Source of the DNA: Candidatus Nomurabacteria bacterium
GTDB lineage: Bacteria > Patescibacteriota > Minisyncoccia > Phycocordibacterales > SBAW01
NCBI GenBank assembly: GCA_943356415.1
Contig: CALREW010000001.1
Coordinates: 289,900-350,611, forward strand
Direction of reading: 5' to 3'
Length of the DNA: 60,712 nucleotides
Below the pieces are notes generated by a model that had not been told where the DNA came from, searched no databases, and saw only the letters and a list, made by a program, of their open reading frames with translations. The translations under genes were made by a program, and so were the position numbers. Shown here in pieces: positions 56,246 through 60,712 of this stretch (position 1 is the stretch's first letter; each line of letters opens with the position of its first letter).

Positions 56246-56287
56246 TGCCTTCACAGTATACGGTACTGAAAAACTCTCGGAGGCCGT

Positions 56288-57397
56288 TTAGTGTTGAACG
56301 TTGATAGCTTCGCAACGCTTGGTGAGTTCCTTTTGCAGCGTCTTACAAAAATCCTTTTTTTGAGCCGCCTTCCCCGCAAATCCTCGCTTTACCGCAGTAG
56401 CTACATTGAGGAGGCATTGTTCTTCAAACGGTCCCGCCGTCGCGCATCGTTTATGCATTGTATCGAAATCGGTTCCACTATCGGTGATAGAAATAGATGC
56501 GACTTGTTCTCGACACGAGAAGGCATTCTCTGCTACATCGAGTTTGGCGCACGCTGCAAAGGCGCCGGCAAAATCCCCTCGGTGAGTGTTGAGGTAAGAG
56601 CGTCCAACAAAAAGTGAACATTCGGTCTTAAAAACCGTAAGTCCATTGCACAGCGAGAGCATGCTGTCCCCTTCCTGCTGTTTCGGCAATTTCAGTGAAT
56701 TGATGTAATCAACGCTATAGAGATAGCTCTTCTCCATGAGTGCTCCGTACGCACATCGACCACGCATCCATTCGTATGGCAGCCGCGAACAGATAGGAAG
56801 CACATCACTTACCTTGTTCTCATAGGCATACATAAGGCCGTGACCTACCGCATGGAAACACTGCATATTTGCCGTCCAGGAAAAATCTTCCGTCATCGGG
56901 TTCGTCGGCACCCAGTGGTCGGCACAACTTTCATGAATGAGTTGGTCAATCGGCGTACGACTTCTCTCTACTTTGAAATATTCCATCAGGAGCCCGTGCT
57001 GAAAACCTTCGTAGGTAAGGTAGTTGGCATACGTTGGCGCTTCAGGCGGCAACGTGTCCATCGCCGCTTTGCGAGAACCAAGCTGGTCATAGGCTTGCAT
57101 GCCGACCATGTGCATCGCGAGATGCGCGGTGTTGCGGTTGTATGGAGCTACTACTTCAGCGGTATAGCGAATTGCGCCAATAACATCACCGCTCATCGCG
57201 ATATAGTGCGCTTTATCACGCATACACACGCGAACATTCTCCTCTGAAAAACACGAGTCTTTGGGACTCAGGTAGAACACGACGTCCGCGCGATACACGT
57301 ACAGCACGATGGCACCAAGTACACCAAACGCGACGAGTGCAGCGCGTACATCACGCTTTGCCAACATAGAGAGGAGCCATTGCTTGGCGTGTTTCAT
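56288..57397 (-). CDS. Cys/His-motif exported protein (paralogue 8)
   Basis: TM; AHLAMHMVG, EGFQHG, CFHAVGHG, CAYGALM. Confidence 0.78.
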   Translation of the reverse strand: MKHAKQWLLSMLAKRDVRAALVAFGVLGAIVLYVYRADVVFYLSPKDSCFSEENVRVCMRDKAHYIAMSGDVIGAIRYTAEVVAPYNRNTAHLAMHMVGMQAYDQLGSRKAAMDTLPPEAPTYANYLTYEGFQHGLLMEYFKVERSRTPIDQLIHESCADHWVPTNPMTEDFSWTANMQCFHAVGHGLMYAYENKVSDVLPICSRLPYEWMRGRCAYGALMEKSYLYSVDYINSLKLPKQQEGDSMLSLCNGLTVFKTECSLFVGRSYLNTHRGDFAGAFAACAKLDVAENAFSCREQVASISITDSGTDFDTMHKRCATAGPFEEQCLLNVATAVKRGFAGKAAQKKDFCKTLQKELTKRCEAINVQH

Positions 57398-57406
57398 TAT
57401 TCAAGA

Positions 57407-58699
57407 CTATAGCAAACGTTTCTTTTTGCTCCATCCAATCCACGCTTCAACCGGGCGACACTCAATCACAATGGGACGCACCGACCCTTCTGCGACAATA
57501 TCAGCGTACGAAAGCGCCGGGGCTATTTTGATCCCCTCACTGAGGGTTTTTGCAATCGCTTCATCAAGTTCCCCATCTCCTTCATCCATATAGAGCGTGA
57601 TTGAAAGCCCTGGCACTTCTCCCGCGGCGTCCCAAGAGGCAGCAAACTCTTTTATCTCAATAGAAAGGCCCGCAACCGCCTGATCAACTGCAGCGATGGT
57701 AAGCACCCCGCGCGGCACACGTATGCGATCGAGCGTGAGTCTGCCCATACATTCAAACAAGAGCGGGCTACCCTCGCACGAACATGTCTCGGAGCGAATG
57801 CGGGCAAAATCGCCGGTACGATAACGAATAAGTGGAAATGCCTGGGGCTCATGTGTGGTGATGACGAGCTCTCCTTCCGTACCGGCCGTAAGCGGCAGAC
57901 TCTCCCCTGTCTCTGGACTAATAAGCTCAATGAATAAGGAGCCTTCAGCAACATGGAACGCTTTCGGGTCACTGCTCATTTTCTCTGGGCACGTATAGCC
58001 GACAAAGCCTTGCGATTCAGTGAGTCCGTACTGAGATGCAATCTTAGCGTTCGGAAAAAACTCTTGTAATTTCGTAAACTGCAATGTGGTAGCTAACTCC
58101 CCCACAGCGACCACAAGACGCACCGCTCTGCATCCATCCAGTGCTTTCAAAAAAGGAGCAAAAGAGACGAGACCGCTAGGACTTCCCACTACGGCATCAA
58201 CTTGTGCTTCTGCGGCAAGTCGTGCGGTAAGCTTCGGTTGCGTAAAATCACCAGATATAAACATTCGCCCCTCCATGCCTCGCACACGCACTTCATGTAC
58301 AAATGACCCTGCAGAGAAAAGCAACTGCGACTTAATGTTCATTGACGAGAAGTATGGCTCGAAATAGCGAGACAATTGCCCCGACACGGGCACGTGGCCA
58401 ATGCTTTTCAAATATTCTTGGTACAGTCCCTCCTCAAGCATCGGAAAGCCAATGACATTTTTCCCCGTTGAACCGGATGTCGAGCGTATAAAGCGCACCA
58501 TAGTTTGTGGCACAAATACGCGTGAGCGTAACGGCACTGCTTCAATCTCAGGCCTTGTGAGAAACGGTACCGCAGCGACAGACTGTGAGAGAAGCGCTTC
58601 GAACTCTGCGCCGTACTTGCGGCGATAGAAATCGGAGTGGGGATTATGGAGCGCAAACGTAAGCGCCCGATGCATGAGCGTCTCTATCTTTTCTTTCAT
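57407..58699 (-). CDS. PaaK/coenzyme F390 synthetase-like adenylate-forming (ANL) enzyme, copy B
   Basis: DFYRRKYG, TSGSTG, YGLTE, GELVIT, LIRYRTGD; co-linear with 45048..46328. Confidence 0.88.
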   Translation of the reverse strand: MKEKIETLMHRALTFALHNPHSDFYRRKYGAEFEALLSQSVAAVPFLTRPEIEAVPLRSRVFVPQTMVRFIRSTSGSTGKNVIGFPMLEEGLYQEYLKSIGHVPVSGQLSRYFEPYFSSMNIKSQLLFSAGSFVHEVRVRGMEGRMFISGDFTQPKLTARLAAEAQVDAVVGSPSGLVSFAPFLKALDGCRAVRLVVAVGELATTLQFTKLQEFFPNAKIASQYGLTESQGFVGYTCPEKMSSDPKAFHVAEGSLFIELISPETGESLPLTAGTEGELVITTHEPQAFPLIRYRTGDFARIRSETCSCEGSPLLFECMGRLTLDRIRVPRGVLTIAAVDQAVAGLSIEIKEFAASWDAAGEVPGLSITLYMDEGDGELDEAIAKTLSEGIKIAPALSYADIVAEGSVRPIVIECRPVEAWIGWSKKKRLL

Positions 58700-59148
58700 G
58701 GCAATAGGTCGTGCACAACGATGGCGCCGGGGACGTCAAAAGAACTTTGCTCTTCCTTTGTAGAGAGAACGACCCAAAGTCGTATACGCTCAAGCATGCG
58801 AACCTCAGTTAAATCTGCCAGGAGATTGCGGGCGCCCACATCGTTCGTAATCACCGCATCTATTTCAACGTTGCGCATGAGACCCGTGAGTGCTGAGACA
58901 TTGGTCGGCATGGCCACCGCAGTGATGACGCCGCGTTTATTTGCTTCCTGGTACGCAGCAAAGTGTTGCTGCCATGCAAACGGCAACACAATGCCGAGAC
59001 CTTGTATGTTTGCTTCTTCAAGCGCCTTCCCAAGTACTGGCCACGTGAGGCTCACTTCCGCTGTCTGCGCAACAGGAACAGCAAACGTTTCCCCGTAGGC
59101 GCGCGGAACGATGCGCCATAGTTTTGGGTCATGCTCCGGCACGCGCAT
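58696..59148 (-). CDS. 150-aa hypothetical protein, copy B
   Basis: ATG 59148 gives exactly the length of copy A and avoids overlap with the peptide gene; shared motifs. Confidence 0.78.
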   Translation of the reverse strand: MRVPEHDPKLWRIVPRAYGETFAVPVAQTAEVSLTWPVLGKALEEANIQGLGIVLPFAWQQHFAAYQEANKRGVITAVAMPTNVSALTGLMRNVEIDAVITNDVGARNLLADLTEVRMLERIRLWVVLSTKEEQSSFDVPGAIVVHDLLP

Positions 59149-59173
59149 AGCAAACTGCTTCAAAATAATCGGT

Positions 59174-59371
59174 CTAGAAAAGCCCCCCGCATCCGACGTA
59201 ATACACCCGTTCATCTGAGTCCTTTTGAGCCTGCGTATCGCCATTCTGTTCAGGAGACGTACACTGGAGCGCCGAAACATCTCCAGACGCGTGCCAAAGG
59301 CCAAACGAGCCAAGAACCGCAACGGCCGCAAGTGACATAAGTGAGAAAGCTCCTTTTAAAAACCGCTTCAT
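59174..59371 (-). CDS. Small exported peptide, copy B (65 aa, ends RVYYVGCGGLF)
   Basis: TG-C-TATACT 7 nt before ATG 59371; LGSF, L.CT.PE and CGGLF motifs. Confidence 0.8.
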   Translation of the reverse strand: MKRFLKGAFSLMSLAAVAVLGSFGLWHASGDVSALQCTSPEQNGDTQAQKDSDERVYYVGCGGLF

Positions 59372-59416
59372 ACAGAGAAGTATAGCAAACCATGGCCAAG
59401 CGCCTACCTTGGACAT

Positions 59417-60712
59417 TTAGAACGAGGCGCTATTGAACGGCTGCTCTTTCTTCACTGAGGAGACTGGTACCCCCTGCCCATCTTCAGTGGTCTTCAACTC
59501 ATGGCCAAGATACTCGGTGTCGTCTTGGTCAGGACGTAGGTTAGGCCATTTGGCGGCATCATAGCGGTTAGCGATGAAGCGTGCCGAGACTTCGCCTGCC
59601 TTAGTTGCCGACACGATAACTGCAGCCTCGTTCGGCATTTTCTTGTAGAAGACACGGCCGTCAAATGATGCGGTGAGATTGATGACGAGATTCTTCCAAT
59701 CTGCACCGAAGTCGGTCACTTGGTAGAAGAGCCATAGGTCGCTTCCCTCCTCCAAATCGTTGAAAGAGAGTTTCTTTTCGTAGTAACCCGTCTTCGCGTT
59801 GTACTGCTCAAGTTCAAGCGCAGCAACGGCCTCTTCTTTAATGCCGATGGTCGAATGACCGTATGTCGCATATTTCACTCCGTCGATGGTGTAAACCGGG
59901 TCGATGGTTGAGACGTCAAGTTTACCGACAATCTTTATGTCGCCCTGGAAGGTTGACGTTGCGGTTCCAAGACCTGTTGCGCCACCTGCACCAACGAAGA
60001 GGCGGTCAGAGATGGAAAGTTGTTGCGTTGGAGTCGACGTACCGATGCCGACCTTACCGTTGTTGTCGACGATAAATACTTTTTGGTTCGAGGTCGTCGC
60101 AATCTGGAAGAGGTTATCGGTCGTGTTAGTAGAATTGATGGTGAGGAGGTATTGCGGTGTTGTGGTACCGATGCCAATCTTATTCTCAACAATAATGTTG
60201 CCGTTGCCAGTTGGCGTGCCCGACGGGCAGGAACCACCGGTGCAGATCCAGAGGTTGGTATCGTTAGAGAAAATATCAGAGCCTTGCGGGGTGATGGTAA
60301 GATCTCCGACTGAACTCGTGAGGAAGTCCGTGTAGCGCGTCGTGTCATATGCGATGGTGACTTGCGCGGTTGAAACAGCATCTTGTACCGATATTTTGCG
60401 CGCAGGAGTGGTACTACCGATACCGACGTTTCCACCATTGTCGATGACGAAGCGAGTGAGTGTTGATGAGCCCACCACAAACGCTGGGCCCGTTATACCG
60501 TTTGGATTAACTGACAAGAGTCCCCATGGGGTGGACGTTCCAACGCCAAGGCTTCCCGTGGTATTAAGCGCTGCAGCAGTGATAGTACCGGTGAAGGTAG
60601 GAGACGCAGAGAGCACCATGTTCCCTGTTCCGGTCACGGCATTAGAGAGGGTTACACCACCGTATGTGAGTGCGCCTGAGAGTGTGGTGGCGCCAGTGAC
60701 GGAGAGGGTTGA
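59417..60712 (-). CDS. C-terminal part of a large fibre/adhesin-like surface protein (5'-partial)
   Basis: Frame open to window edge; repeated G(N/K)VGIG(T/S)(T/S)TP units; C-terminal IDPVYTIDG.KYATY domain. Confidence 0.8.
   Translation of the reverse strand, partial: STLSVTGATTLSGALTYGGVTLSNAVTGTGNMVLSASPTFTGTITAAALNTTGSLGVGTSTPWGLLSVNPNGITGPAFVVGSSTLTRFVIDNGGNVGIGSTTPARKISVQDAVSTAQVTIAYDTTRYTDFLTSSVGDLTITPQGSDIFSNDTNLWICTGGSCPSGTPTGNGNIIVENKIGIGTTTPQYLLTINSTNTTDNLFQIATTSNQKVFIVDNNGKVGIGTSTPTQQLSISDRLFVGAGGATGLGTATSTFQGDIKIVGKLDVSTIDPVYTIDGVKYATYGHSTIGIKEEAVAALELEQYNAKTGYYEKKLSFNDLEEGSDLWLFYQVTDFGADWKNLVINLTASFDGRVFYKKMPNEAAVIVSATKAGEVSARFIANRYDAAKWPNLRPDQDDTEYLGHELKTTEDGQGVPVSSVKKEQPFNSASF

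Noticed and set aside
37549-57397. Cys/His proteins as multiheme cytochromes
   Set aside because: No CxxCH motifs; the patterns are CHxxxH and CxHxxGH
45048-58699. ANL enzymes plus PaaX-like gene as a phenylacetate catabolic pathway
   Set aside because: No paaABCDE/G/Z/J-type genes; the PaaX-like gene is 30 kb away in its own module; ligases are coupled to peptides instead. Plain CoA-ligase activity is not excluded without assay.
59149-59331. N-terminal extension of ORF 58696..59331
   Set aside because: It overlaps the conserved peptide gene; starting at 59148 matches copy A's length exactly
1-60712. Alternative genetic code (TGA=Gly, code 25)
   Set aside because: Conserved genes are uninterrupted under code 11, and TGA ends several genes at sensible positions, including ATGA overlaps

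Overview
Chromosomal window from a reduced-genome bacterium, most likely Patescibacteria/CPR (Parcubacteria-like). This is inferred from domain-trimmed ThrS, PheS/PheT and RF1, split transketolase, CPR-typical PEGA/CARDB/sortase/PaaX-like genes and the scarcity of Shine-Dalgarno sites. TGA is used as a stop (code 11). The left 37 kb is mostly housekeeping: thrS, gyrB, pheST, tsf-rpsB, prfA-rpmE, rplY, tRNA-Thr(TGT) and a pentose-phosphate/glycolysis block. It is interrupted by a GC-rich lipoprotein island (4.2-7.0 kb) and an AT-richer module (13.95-18.1 kb) punctuated by three related 42-46 bp palindromes. The right 23 kb is an accessory cluster of paralogues. It holds eight exported Cys/His-motif proteins (two fused to a cupredoxin-like domain), two copies of a 'small peptide ending CGG[LI][FY] + 150-aa protein + PaaK-like adenylating enzyme' operon, two large unknown paralogues, and three exported 'FVIDHPLDP' proteins, one with a (YYQG)n tract. 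Best leads are (1) the duplicated peptide/ANL-ligase operon as a possible new RiPP or AIP-like thiolactone system, (2) a compact T-box riboswitch before thrS with a Thr codon in a terminal loop plus an intrinsic terminator, (3) the palindrome-delimited PaaX-like/phospholipase modules, and (4) the Cys/His metalloprotein array. All product calls come from motif recognition by eye; no database searches or folding were run.
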